Virus record (IMG/VR): IMGVR_UViG_3300020429_000539
Location: 364,263-428,262 of that record
Direction: 5' to 3' (one strand)
Source of the DNA: a virus
Taxonomy: Duplodnaviria > Heunggongvirae > Uroviricota > Caudoviricetes
Length of the DNA stretch: 64,000 nt
Part shown: piece after piece, positions 29,832-38,840 of the stretch
Layout: each line of letters opens with the position of its first letter
Position numbering within the stretch: the stretch's first letter is position 1
Notes under the pieces: generated by a model
What the model saw: only the letters and a program-made list of their open reading frames with translations
Database searches by the model: none
What the model was told of the DNA's origin: nothing
Program-made: the position numbers and the translations under genes

Positions 29832-31397
29832 ATGTCAGATTATAAGACCTACCAATCTAAGCTGTTGCATATTGCTCTAAATGATAGAGAGCGATACAAA
29901 GCTATTGTTGAGCGTATAGATGCAGAATGCTTCGACGCAGAATACCGACCAATCGTGCAAGGCATTTTTCATGCCCATGTTTCAGACATAGTTCTAACGG
30001 CGAATGCCTACGAAGATTTCATACAGCGCTCGGTCAATGCAGGCGATTACAAGAAATGGACAGGTAGTGATGCTCAGCCTATACCTGCGAAGCTTGGAGA
30101 GAAGCGCAAGTTTACTTCCGTTCAAAAGCTAGATAACGTCAAGAGCGACGAGTTTGACTTCTTGATGACCAAAGTCAAGGAGAGTTATGACCGTTCTCAG
30201 GCAGAAGAGGTTATTTCAAAGTTTGCTACGGAGCAAAAAGGAGACTTCTACGGAGCCCTTGCAAAACTTTCTGAGAAAGCGAATGGCATTGCGTCTAGCA
30301 AAGATGACGCGACATTTAAGACTATGGACCTCGCCAACTCTCGCAAAGAGTGGCTAGATGCCCTTAAGGACAAACGGGCAAATCCCGAGCAAATCGTTTC
30401 TACTGGTCTCAAAGATATTGACGAGTGTCTAAGCAAGAGCATTACCGAGCCAGGGATGCTCGTATTTTTCGTTGCCGATGTCGGCGGTTTTAAGACAACT
30501 ACAATGCTCAATATTGCTCTCAATGTTCTCAAGCAATCGCAAGAGAACGTCATGTTTGTTTCTCTTGAAATGCCCGGTCATCTTTTGATGGATAAAATCA
30601 TCTCAAGAGAATCAGGCGTACCAGGTAAGAAACTAAGCTATCCGCATCTAATGACTGAACAAGAAGTTCAACGTGTTGAGCGCGAGTTAGATAAATGGGA
30701 CAATCTAAAAAGCAAGTTCATTATTCTTGACGCTGTAGACGGTGCAACAGTTGCAGATATAGCTAGGGCCGTTGAACAACATTCGCATGCAAAGCCATCG
30801 TTAGTTGTTGTTGACTATTTGACTATTCTCAAGCCTGAAGCCTGGTATGCAAAGCTGGGCCAACATGCTTGGTTCGGTTATATGTGCAAGAGCCTCCGCA
30901 CACTTGGCAAGAAGCACGGTTTCAGTATTATATCTGCTGCACAGCTAGGTCGTGATGCTATTAAGCGATTGAAGAGCCAGAAAGAGGGTTCTCAGACAGT
31001 TGGCTCTGAAGACATTCGTGGTTCTCATGATCTGTCTGCGGATGCCGATGCTTTATTCATCCAAGTTCCATTGCCATCAGAGCCCAATGAAAAAATACAG
31101 GTATTTTGCGCAAAATCTCGCTACGGAGATAAAACCTTCGGCGGTAAAAACTCGGTTTTGCTCAATGTCAAGCCATCCGTGGGTAGAGTTTCCGGCGAGC
31201 GAGACGCGGCTTGGAAGGCTGAGCTTCAAATGCAGCCAATACAGGCCGTTACTAACTATGAAGTGCCTATAGATATCAATGTTGATGTTCCAGATATAGA
31301 TCCTGATCTCGATATTTTCGAAGACGATCAGCCTCCCATCAGTGATTCTATATTTGGTGACACTCCTGACGAGGACTCATTGGGGGATGGCTTCTGA
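29832..31397 (+). CDS. dnaB: Replicative DNA helicase, DnaB-like
   Basis: VSTGLKDID, ADVGGFKTT, FVSLEMP, VVVDYL, SAAQLGR, GSHDLSADAD, KSRYG; acidic tail. Confidence 0.88.
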   Translation: MSDYKTYQSKLLHIALNDRERYKAIVERIDAECFDAEYRPIVQGIFHAHVSDIVLTANAYEDFIQRSVNAGDYKKWTGSDAQPIPAKLGEKRKFTSVQKLDNVKSDEFDFLMTKVKESYDRSQAEEVISKFATEQKGDFYGALAKLSEKANGIASSKDDATFKTMDLANSRKEWLDALKDKRANPEQIVSTGLKDIDECLSKSITEPGMLVFFVADVGGFKTTTMLNIALNVLKQSQENVMFVSLEMPGHLLMDKIISRESGVPGKKLSYPHLMTEQEVQRVERELDKWDNLKSKFIILDAVDGATVADIARAVEQHSHAKPSLVVVDYLTILKPEAWYAKLGQHAWFGYMCKSLRTLGKKHGFSIISAAQLGRDAIKRLKSQKEGSQTVGSEDIRGSHDLSADADALFIQVPLPSEPNEKIQVFCAKSRYGDKTFGGKNSVLLNVKPSVGRVSGERDAAWKAELQMQPIQAVTNYEVPIDINVDVPDIDPDLDIFEDDQPPISDSIFGDTPDEDSLGDGF

Positions 31398-32014
31398 TGG
31401 GTTCATACGAAATCAACAAAATCAAACAGAGCTATAAAATCTCTGATTACCTTGAAGACCAAGGTATTTCTCCTCTTAAGGAACAGGGTGACCACAAGTT
31501 ATATCGTTGTCCCTTGCCTCACCATCCAGGAGATAATGACCCTTCGTTCTACATCTATAACAAAGGCAATCATGAAGATTTTTACTGTTATGGATGTAAG
31601 TCGGGCGGAAGTATCATTCACTTCATAGCTGATTATGAGAAGATTGGTCTGCGTAAAGCCATTCAACGGCTAAGCGCTGAGCTAAATATTGACATCGAGG
31701 AAATTCTTGATGCTGCTGTTGAGGAGGCCAGGCAATCCTTAAGAGGAGAACACACAGTTACCCCTGATGAGGCGCTGACTCGTTCCTTGTATATCGCTGC
31801 TTTGGTACACGACTTCCTGACCAAAGTAGATAAAAGCCCAGAAGAAGCAAAGCTATGCGAGCAGATTTTCCAACTTGTCGATAAGTACGTGTACGCCGAG
31901 AACGTCGCAGAGCTTGACAATATTATCGAGGTTCTTCCCGACAAGCTCGGTACTAGATACAAGCTTTGGAGCGAACGACAAGAAATGGAAAAGGCTAGTA
32001 TAGCGGAGGGCTGA
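31397..32014 (+). CDS. Stand-alone DnaG-type CHC2 zinc-binding domain plus helical domain
   Basis: CPLPHH.DNDPSF...FYCYGCKSGGSIIHFI...AIQRL; no Toprim domain follows. Confidence 0.85.
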   Translation: MGSYEINKIKQSYKISDYLEDQGISPLKEQGDHKLYRCPLPHHPGDNDPSFYIYNKGNHEDFYCYGCKSGGSIIHFIADYEKIGLRKAIQRLSAELNIDIEEILDAAVEEARQSLRGEHTVTPDEALTRSLYIAALVHDFLTKVDKSPEEAKLCEQIFQLVDKYVYAENVAELDNIIEVLPDKLGTRYKLWSERQEMEKASIAEG

Positions 32015-32015
32015 T

Positions 32016-32747
32016 ATGTATACTCTACACAAAAAATCATGCATGGGTATGAAGGAAGTTGCGACGGACTCAATCGACGGCATCGTGACATCTCCACCGT
32101 ATAAGGATGAGGATGGTTATACCGAAGAACTAATGAAAGACTTGGCTAGAAACTGCTACAGAGTTCTCAAGAATGGTAGCTCTTGTTTTGTTAATTTTGG
32201 ACAACTTGCTACGGACAAGGGTCGTCCGTTTCGCGTAGCTAATGAGTTTGCTGAGTATTTTGATTGGATAGATACAATCATCTGGGTCAAAAGTAACGAG
32301 TGGATGGGAGGCCATTATACACCTGTCAACAGTAAATATCGTATGAACAATATGTATGAATACATATTTCAGTTTGCAAAGGGCAAAGCCGAAATAGACA
32401 GGTTGGCGCTGGGTATTCCTTATCTCGATAAGACAAACATCAAGCGATATGGCGCTACCGATACAAAAAGCGGAACAAAGAAAGACCTGCGTTGCGCAGG
32501 AAACGTATGGTATGTATCCTATACTACTGTTCAAAACAAAGACCAGAAACCCCATAAAGATATGTTTCCTGAAGAGATTCCGCGAAGATGTCTAAAGCTT
32601 ATGAACTTACCGAGGGGTTCGACCATTTTGGACCCGTTTATGGGAAGTGGAACAACGGGAAAAGCAGCAAGAGACATGGGTTACAAGGTAGTGGGATACG
32701 AGATAAACGATAAATACTGGACCAAAGAAGCGGACCTATTTGAATGA
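32016..32747 (+). CDS. DNA methyltransferase, beta class (SPPY, likely N4-cytosine)
   Basis: VTSPPY precedes DPFMGSGTT. Confidence 0.9.
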   Translation: MYTLHKKSCMGMKEVATDSIDGIVTSPPYKDEDGYTEELMKDLARNCYRVLKNGSSCFVNFGQLATDKGRPFRVANEFAEYFDWIDTIIWVKSNEWMGGHYTPVNSKYRMNNMYEYIFQFAKGKAEIDRLALGIPYLDKTNIKRYGATDTKSGTKKDLRCAGNVWYVSYTTVQNKDQKPHKDMFPEEIPRRCLKLMNLPRGSTILDPFMGSGTTGKAARDMGYKVVGYEINDKYWTKEADLFE

Positions 32748-33529
32748 GTATAAGTTGGATATATCCTGATGATTGTATTGGTCTTGAGCTTGATGGCGAA
32801 GAGCCGTCTCTCATCTATATGGACCCTCCGTATGGACCCAAAAGCGAAGACACTTATTATGGGGTCGGCGATAACTCACATGACTACTTGTCTTACATGC
32901 ACGACCGTCTTGCTCACATGCGAGATATTTCAGGAGATTCCTATAACATCGTAGTTCATGTTGATTGGAAGTATGTTCATAATCTCAAGGTCATGATGGA
33001 TAGCATCTTTGGTCGTGATAACTTTAAGAACGATATCATTTGGTGCTTTAGCAATCCATCGACTAACGAAAAATGGTTGCCGCGTAAGCATCAGAATCTT
33101 CTGTGGTATGGCATCGGCGATAACGTGTTCAATCCTATCCGTATTCCTCACAAGACAAAGATGAACGTCGGAGGGAAGAACGCATGGTCGAAAGAGAAGA
33201 TACCTTGGGAAGAGTATGAGAGGAAGGGCAAGCTGCTTGAAGATTGGTGGACAGATATACCGGCTTTATGTCGCAATGAGCCCGAAAAAACAGGATATGC
33301 AACACAGAAGCCATTGGCGTTGATGCGTCGCATCATTAGTTTATGGAGTAATGAAGGCGACACTATCATTGACCCGTTTATGGGCAGTGGCTCGTTGCTT
33401 GAGGCAGGTATTCGTATGGGGCGCAACGTGATAGGGTGCGATATTAGCCCTGATGCAGTAGAGACAGCTAATAGAAGAATCAAGAAGGCAAGCAGAGCAG
33501 ATATCTTCGCCGGGAGTAGCAATGATTAA
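32744..33529 (+). CDS. DNA methyltransferase, beta class (DPPY, likely N6-adenine)
   Basis: YMDPPY, YATQKP, DPFMGSG. Confidence 0.9.
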   Translation: MSISWIYPDDCIGLELDGEEPSLIYMDPPYGPKSEDTYYGVGDNSHDYLSYMHDRLAHMRDISGDSYNIVVHVDWKYVHNLKVMMDSIFGRDNFKNDIIWCFSNPSTNEKWLPRKHQNLLWYGIGDNVFNPIRIPHKTKMNVGGKNAWSKEKIPWEEYERKGKLLEDWWTDIPALCRNEPEKTGYATQKPLALMRRIISLWSNEGDTIIDPFMGSGSLLEAGIRMGRNVIGCDISPDAVETANRRIKKASRADIFAGSSND

Positions 33530-34322
33530 CAAGATTATGCACGATGACGTTATCGATGGACTCAAGAAGATAGAAGACGACAGCGTAAGTCTTGTATTTA
33601 CTTCTCCGCCCTACAACGTGGACATCAAGTATGGCAATCATGATGATACGATGCCCTATACCGATTATCTTGATTGGCTCAAAGATATATGGTCTGAGTG
33701 TTATCGCGCTCTTCGTCCAGGCGGTCGTCTAGTCATTAATATCGATTCAATGGTCAATCATGAAGAAGACCGTTTTGCAAAGAAGGCTGATGACACGGGT
33801 AAAGAATACTTCCGCCCTATTTACGCCGACCTATGCAGAATCAATGCGGATGTTGGATACAACTTTCGTTGCGATATTGCATGGTATAAGCATCAAGTAG
33901 TTGGCCGCGCAACTGCGTGGGGAAGCTGGATGTCCTGTCAGAATCCGATCGTTCGTCGTAACCATGAATATCTGCTTGTTTGGAACAAAGGCCCCTGGTC
34001 TTTGCCTCCGATTGACCACAAGAGCGACTTGACCAAAGAAGAGTTTGAGCAGTGGACTATGAGCCATTGGTTTATACAGCCCGAAACTCGCAAGCTTGGC
34101 GGTCATCCAGTTCCTTTTCCCGAGGAACTGGCGAGACGAGTTATCAAGCTTTACTCGTATCCTAATGACATAGTTCTTGATCCATTCTCAGGCACAGGAA
34201 CAACTTGTAAAATGGCAAAGGTTCTCAATCGCAGGTATATCGGTATTGACAATCACCGTGCTTCTGTTGAGTATTCGCGTAGGCGAATCAATGCTTCCGT
34301 GGGGTGTTTTGATGGAGTTTGA
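33522..34322 (+). CDS. DNA methyltransferase, beta class (SPPY)
   Basis: FTSPPYN, HPVPFPEEL, DPFSGTGTT. Confidence 0.92.
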   Translation: MINKIMHDDVIDGLKKIEDDSVSLVFTSPPYNVDIKYGNHDDTMPYTDYLDWLKDIWSECYRALRPGGRLVINIDSMVNHEEDRFAKKADDTGKEYFRPIYADLCRINADVGYNFRCDIAWYKHQVVGRATAWGSWMSCQNPIVRRNHEYLLVWNKGPWSLPPIDHKSDLTKEEFEQWTMSHWFIQPETRKLGGHPVPFPEELARRVIKLYSYPNDIVLDPFSGTGTTCKMAKVLNRRYIGIDNHRASVEYSRRRINASVGCFDGV

Positions 34323-34764
34323 GATTCAGTTTACAGATGTGACCTTGCTTGAGGCGAATGGTGAATACGATGATGTTGTTCGCATCATGTCTAAACCAGA
34401 GGTTATTAACTTTGTAGAAACGCCACTTGTCAAGGACTGGGTTATTTCTTCTACAGTTACAATTCAGCATATGTCTGGTTTTGCTGTTATCAAAGCTGAC
34501 TTCTATCACGACGGCAAGATTGTTGTTACGGATTATACGCCGAGCATTCGTGATACATTCAATCCTGATATCCGCTGTTTGAAGTTTTGGGCAGTCCAAT
34601 CTGGATGGACCAGTATTGAGCCTACTCAGGCTACAATCGATAGTATGAAGGACTTTTGGAAGAATCAGTGGGATACATATGTAGTTGATTCTACAATTTT
34701 CGACGAACAGTATGGCCCTAGAAAGGACATGATTTTCTCAGATGATGATGAAATAGACTCATGA
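34312..34764 (+). CDS. Hypothetical protein
   Basis: ATG 34312 overlaps the end of the MTase; the longer start at 34177 lies deep inside it. Confidence 0.6.
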   Translation: MEFEIQFTDVTLLEANGEYDDVVRIMSKPEVINFVETPLVKDWVISSTVTIQHMSGFAVIKADFYHDGKIVVTDYTPSIRDTFNPDIRCLKFWAVQSGWTSIEPTQATIDSMKDFWKNQWDTYVVDSTIFDEQYGPRKDMIFSDDDEIDS

Positions 34765-34991
34765 AACAGACTTCAAAATGTCGAAATTGTAGCGCCGAGG
34801 TTTCCCATTTTGGAGACCTGCTTGGCATTTTCTGTGCTGTATGCGGTCATTACGAGCTATCTTGGAAACACAGAAAACTGATTGACGACTTAGAGAAGAG
34901 GCATGAAGATGCTCAAAATCAACTTAGAGCATACTTGAAGAAAAAGATGGAGGACAGCAATGCCAATACGACACAATACAAAGAGCCATGA
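34761..34991 (+). CDS. Small zinc-finger protein
   Basis: CRNC...CAVC followed by coiled coil; ATGA coupling. Confidence 0.55.
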   Translation: MKQTSKCRNCSAEVSHFGDLLGIFCAVCGHYELSWKHRKLIDDLEKRHEDAQNQLRAYLKKKMEDSNANTTQYKEP

Positions 34992-35562
34992 TTTCGCATG
35001 GGATTTCGAAGACCCAAGCGGCAATGCAGGTGGCGTTATATACATGAGATATCACGAAACAGACGATGGCATACCTAGCTTGTCTATTTTGGAGTCGCAA
35101 GACGGCTCTGAAGTTCTTACGCTTCCTGTCGAGCTATTTCGAGATGCGGTCGCAGAAGTAGACCGCTATGAGTCTATTATTGGAATGCTTTCAGGTAAGA
35201 CGAGTCCTGCTAAGTCTACACAAGTTGCCACATCGCCTATGCCGAATAGCGGGCTAAAGCTACCAACCATCGGTGGTAAGATGGTAAAAACTGGTCAACA
35301 ACCTGCTGAGAGCAAAGCGGAACAAGAGACCCCACAGCCTGACCCTCGTGACCCATCGATGATTCTCGATTCGCAAGAACCGATGGTATCTTTCTTACCC
35401 GGCGAGGCATCCCGTAATCGTCCTAATGTCGATCCAGAAACCAAGAACGAAATTCTTTCTACGAGAGGTTCTACGCCAGAAGAAAGGGCGGCGCTCCGCG
35501 AGCAGCAAAGGGCCTCTGCCGGAAAGAAGTCGCTCAAACGAGTTAGTGAGGATTCTGAATGA
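34960..35562 (+). CDS. Hypothetical protein with disordered C-terminal half
   Basis: GGAGG SD, operon packing. Confidence 0.6.
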   Translation: MPIRHNTKSHDFAWDFEDPSGNAGGVIYMRYHETDDGIPSLSILESQDGSEVLTLPVELFRDAVAEVDRYESIIGMLSGKTSPAKSTQVATSPMPNSGLKLPTIGGKMVKTGQQPAESKAEQETPQPDPRDPSMILDSQEPMVSFLPGEASRNRPNVDPETKNEILSTRGSTPEERAALREQQRASAGKKSLKRVSEDSE

Positions 35563-35807
35563 GTCGTTATAAAACGAAACTCATACCCCTAGATAAGCTG
35601 CCTGTCTCCATTAATGGAGTAGCGGAACCGTTGTGCGAATCTTGTGCTAATAGGGACTGTTCTAACCCAATCCGGCCTTGTAAAGTTAGTGTGTTTGGCG
35701 TGACAAAGCTTCGCAAGTGTTACGTATCAGGCCACACTCCCAGTTTTGTTGTTCAATGCGAAGGTTTTGTACCTGAAATGTCTAACGATGAGGAAGACGA
35801 GGACTAA
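35559..35807 (+). CDS. Small Cys-rich protein
   Basis: CESC...C...C...C...CEGF; ATGA coupling. Confidence 0.55.
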   Translation: MSRYKTKLIPLDKLPVSINGVAEPLCESCANRDCSNPIRPCKVSVFGVTKLRKCYVSGHTPSFVVQCEGFVPEMSNDEEDED

Positions 35808-36083
35808 GTGCCGACCTATGTCTACAACTATATTGGTCCTGACGGGAAGCCAACAGGCGAGCAGTTTGAAGTCTTTCAAAAGATGACTGATGATGCCTAT
35901 ACGGAACACCCTGAAACAGGGCAGCCGTGCGAAAGAGCAATCATCTGCCCTAATGTTAGGCATAGCGGTCCTGCATGGGATTGGTGCGAGGCGACTAGGC
36001 GATATATTAACAAGTCTAAGCCTAAATATATTCGAGACGATAAGGCGGGCATTCGCAAGCGTTTCCCTAAAGGTGGAGTATGA
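35808..36083 (+). CDS. FmdB-family regulatory protein, variant lacking the CxxC pairs
   Basis: MPTYVY...FEVFQKMTDD...HPETG; GAGG SD before GTG. Confidence 0.75.
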   Translation: MPTYVYNYIGPDGKPTGEQFEVFQKMTDDAYTEHPETGQPCERAIICPNVRHSGPAWDWCEATRRYINKSKPKYIRDDKAGIRKRFPKGGV

Positions 36084-36673
36084 AAAAAGAGCAGACTCAA
36101 GCACTGAGAAAGGCCATACTTGAAGCTTTTATAGCCGATGATTCAAGCGATATATCTTGGCTTATGGTGCTGTCTCTGAGTGGCAACGTTGTCACAGACA
36201 ATAGCATTATCAACTGTCTTGATATTTCGGTTGATGACCTTACTTCGCTGATGTGCGATTTGTTTGAACGTGACTATTCTATGTGGCAACAAGAGATATC
36301 TGAAACAAGGTACTTTGAGCCGCATCGAGCCCCAAAATCGCAGGGCCGATTTCGTGGTGCAGATGGCGGCATGCACGGTCGCGAAGAAGTCCGCAAGTCC
36401 TACTCATTCGATTTGGATCGGTCTGAAATTAGTCGTCGCAAGATTGACCACAGTATTCAGCCTCGTCACCGTGGCGGTACGGAGGAAGAGCTTCAAAAAG
36501 AAAGAGTACGAACCGAGGAGCCGATAGCTATACGTTTAGGCGAGGGTGAAAAAGGTAAGACTGTGTATATAGAAGACGATAATGACGTATCTCGCGACAA
36601 TCCCATTGAGGTAGACCTTGAAGAAGACACAGGAAAACGACAAGCGCCCTTCATACCGGACGGCTCCGTTTGA
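36080..36673 (+). CDS. Hypothetical protein
   Basis: GGAG SD, ATGA coupling. Confidence 0.6.
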   Translation: MKKEQTQALRKAILEAFIADDSSDISWLMVLSLSGNVVTDNSIINCLDISVDDLTSLMCDLFERDYSMWQQEISETRYFEPHRAPKSQGRFRGADGGMHGREEVRKSYSFDLDRSEISRRKIDHSIQPRHRGGTEEELQKERVRTEEPIAIRLGEGEKGKTVYIEDDNDVSRDNPIEVDLEEDTGKRQAPFIPDGSV

Positions 36674-37058
36674 GTCTTCTGAGGCCTCTCAACAGGCAAG
36701 AGATTATTTGCTTGATAACTTCAAGTTTGGTTGGCTATTTTCTGCCGACCAGCTAAAAAGTATATCTCCTAACTCCGTAGCTTGGTTGACCGTTATCGGA
36801 ACTCCTGAGATAGATGAACTTTTGAAGGATGAAGATGGCGCATGGATGCATAATCTCGTTGAATATATCAAAACAGAAGAACCTGTTCCAAAAGATGAAA
36901 TAAACGATTACGTAAATAATATCTCAGGTATTATCGCTGAGCGATTTGATCCTGAAAAGTTATTACATGACAGTTTTAAGGTGCTTCGCAACAAGAATAA
37001 ACAAAGGCAGAGAACAACAAGTAATAGCCATAAAAGTAAGATAACTCCATGCAACTGA
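36618..37058 (+). CDS. Hypothetical protein
   Basis: Fills the gap between neighbours; start uncertain. Confidence 0.5.
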   Translation: MKKTQENDKRPSYRTAPFESSEASQQARDYLLDNFKFGWLFSADQLKSISPNSVAWLTVIGTPEIDELLKDEDGAWMHNLVEYIKTEEPVPKDEINDYVNNISGIIAERFDPEKLLHDSFKVLRNKNKQRQRTTSNSHKSKITPCN

Positions 37059-37429
37059 TTTGTAAACAGGTTGTCGTTCATACCTTGGACAGCGAAGACA
37101 TTCGCGATAAAGACCGTGTTCGCGCGGTCTTGTTATGCTTTAAAAAGCAAAGAATGGAGATAACGGCAACGCTCAGGCGATTTGGTTCTAGTCAGAGATA
37201 CAAAATGATCCGCATACTCAAAGTAGATGAGCATACCTGCGACCTTGTATCAGCAGATTCGGACCATACCATGACGATGCGTGCTGTACCGTTTGGTGAT
37301 ATACTCGAAATGTCTGTAACTATTCGTGACCCGATTGCGCCTGATGAACTTGAGAGCCTATCCATGGATGATATCTTTGACTTCGAAAGTGAAATGCCAA
37401 CTCCTGATGCTTCGCCTGACGATAAATAG
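37049..37429 (+). CDS. Hypothetical protein with acidic tail
   Basis: 126-aa ORF directly upstream of dnaE-N. Confidence 0.55.
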   Translation: MQLICKQVVVHTLDSEDIRDKDRVRAVLLCFKKQRMEITATLRRFGSSQRYKMIRILKVDEHTCDLVSADSDHTMTMRAVPFGDILEMSVTIRDPIAPDELESLSMDDIFDFESEMPTPDASPDDK

Positions 37430-37431
37430 GC

Positions 37432-38826
37432 ATGAAAGCACGAAAGATTACCAACGCTGACTTTGTTCACTTGCATAACCATACCGAGTATTCATCTTTT
37501 GATGGACTAAATAAAGTCAGCGAGTTCCCCAAGGCCGCAGCCGAGAAGGGCTTTAAAGCTCTGGCGATGACCGACCACGGCAATATCGGTGGCGCTTTCA
37601 AATTCATGCGACAGTGTGCTGAAGCAGGCATCAAGCCTATCGTAGGCTGTGAGTTTTATTTGTCCAAAGATAGGCATGTCCATTTTACAAACAAGAAAGA
37701 TAGTCGAGGCAGGATTCTTGAAGAGGGTCAAACTGACGGTCGCAAGGGCAATCGTCATCTCGTCCTGATTGCGAAGAACTGGAAAGGCTATCAGAATCTC
37801 TGTCGCTTGTCTCAGGCGTCTTGGGTCGAAGGATACTATCGCGACCCCCGTATCGACCTCGATTTGCTTTACGAGCATTCTGAGGGACTCATATGCTCTT
37901 CTGCGTGTTTGAGCAGCGTCATCAACGCCAACCTGCTTCATGGGCGATACGACCAGGCGAAGAAGGCAGGCACCATACTCAAGGATATTTTCAAGGACGA
38001 CTTCTATCTCGAAGTCATGTATCATGGTATCGATGCCGAGGGCGCGATCATCTCTGATGTTATTAAGCTTGGTGAGGAACTCGGTTGCAAATGTATCTGC
38101 ACGAACGATTGTCATTATTGTGAGAAGTGCCAGGGCAAGTCTCAGGAACTTTTGATGGCTATGTCTACGTCGCGATGTCTGACGGACCCAAAGCATATTC
38201 ACTTTCCGCATGATGAGTTCTATCTGAAGTCTGCTCAAGAAATGGCAAAAACATTCGGCACGAAGCCTGAGTTGTTGCTGAACACGAATCTTGTAGCAGA
38301 TAAAGTAGATACCGATGATATTATGGATAACCTGGTTGGTAAGATGAGGTTGCCTCGATTCAAGATTCCTGAAGGCTTTCAGACTCCGTATGATTACCTT
38401 GAAAAACTCGCGCTCGACGGAATGAAATCACTCGGATGGGACAAGAGTCAAGAACACGTTGAGCGCCTCAAGATGGAACTGAACGATGTTCGTATTGTGT
38501 GGGAGAACAACCGTTACGACTTCGCGACATACTTCCTTATTGTGCGAGACTACATTCGCGCCTCGCAAGAGAGAGGGATATTGACCGGCTGTGGGCGAGG
38601 CTCGGGCTTCGGCAGTGTGTTATTGAGATGCCTCGGCATTACCCATGGCCCAGACCCTCTTGCTTACGGTTTGCTTTGGGAACGATTCTTGGGCTTCGAT
38701 GATAAGTATTTCGTAACGGAAAGAGATTTTGGCATCGAAGAAGAAGACAAGGTTGTTGAAGTCGAAGTTGATGAAGAGGTCGCACGAGAAGTAGAAGATG
38801 ACCTTGGCGGTGTAGATAGATACTAA
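37432..38826 (+). CDS. dnaE: DNA polymerase III alpha, N-terminal part (PHP domain and first palm segment)
   Basis: FVHLHNHTEYSSFDG, AMTDHGN, KPIVGCEFY, HLVLIAKN, TNDCHY, YFLIV, GRGSG, LLWERFL, then an acidic tail and TAA. Confidence 0.92.
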   Translation: MKARKITNADFVHLHNHTEYSSFDGLNKVSEFPKAAAEKGFKALAMTDHGNIGGAFKFMRQCAEAGIKPIVGCEFYLSKDRHVHFTNKKDSRGRILEEGQTDGRKGNRHLVLIAKNWKGYQNLCRLSQASWVEGYYRDPRIDLDLLYEHSEGLICSSACLSSVINANLLHGRYDQAKKAGTILKDIFKDDFYLEVMYHGIDAEGAIISDVIKLGEELGCKCICTNDCHYCEKCQGKSQELLMAMSTSRCLTDPKHIHFPHDEFYLKSAQEMAKTFGTKPELLLNTNLVADKVDTDDIMDNLVGKMRLPRFKIPEGFQTPYDYLEKLALDGMKSLGWDKSQEHVERLKMELNDVRIVWENNRYDFATYFLIVRDYIRASQERGILTGCGRGSGFGSVLLRCLGITHGPDPLAYGLLWERFLGFDDKYFVTERDFGIEEEDKVVEVEVDEEVAREVEDDLGGVDRY

Positions 38827-38840
38827 GCTAGCAGGTAGAT

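Noticed and set aside
37507-38238. 243-aa minus-strand ORF
   Set aside because: Antisense to the conserved PHP domain of dnaE.
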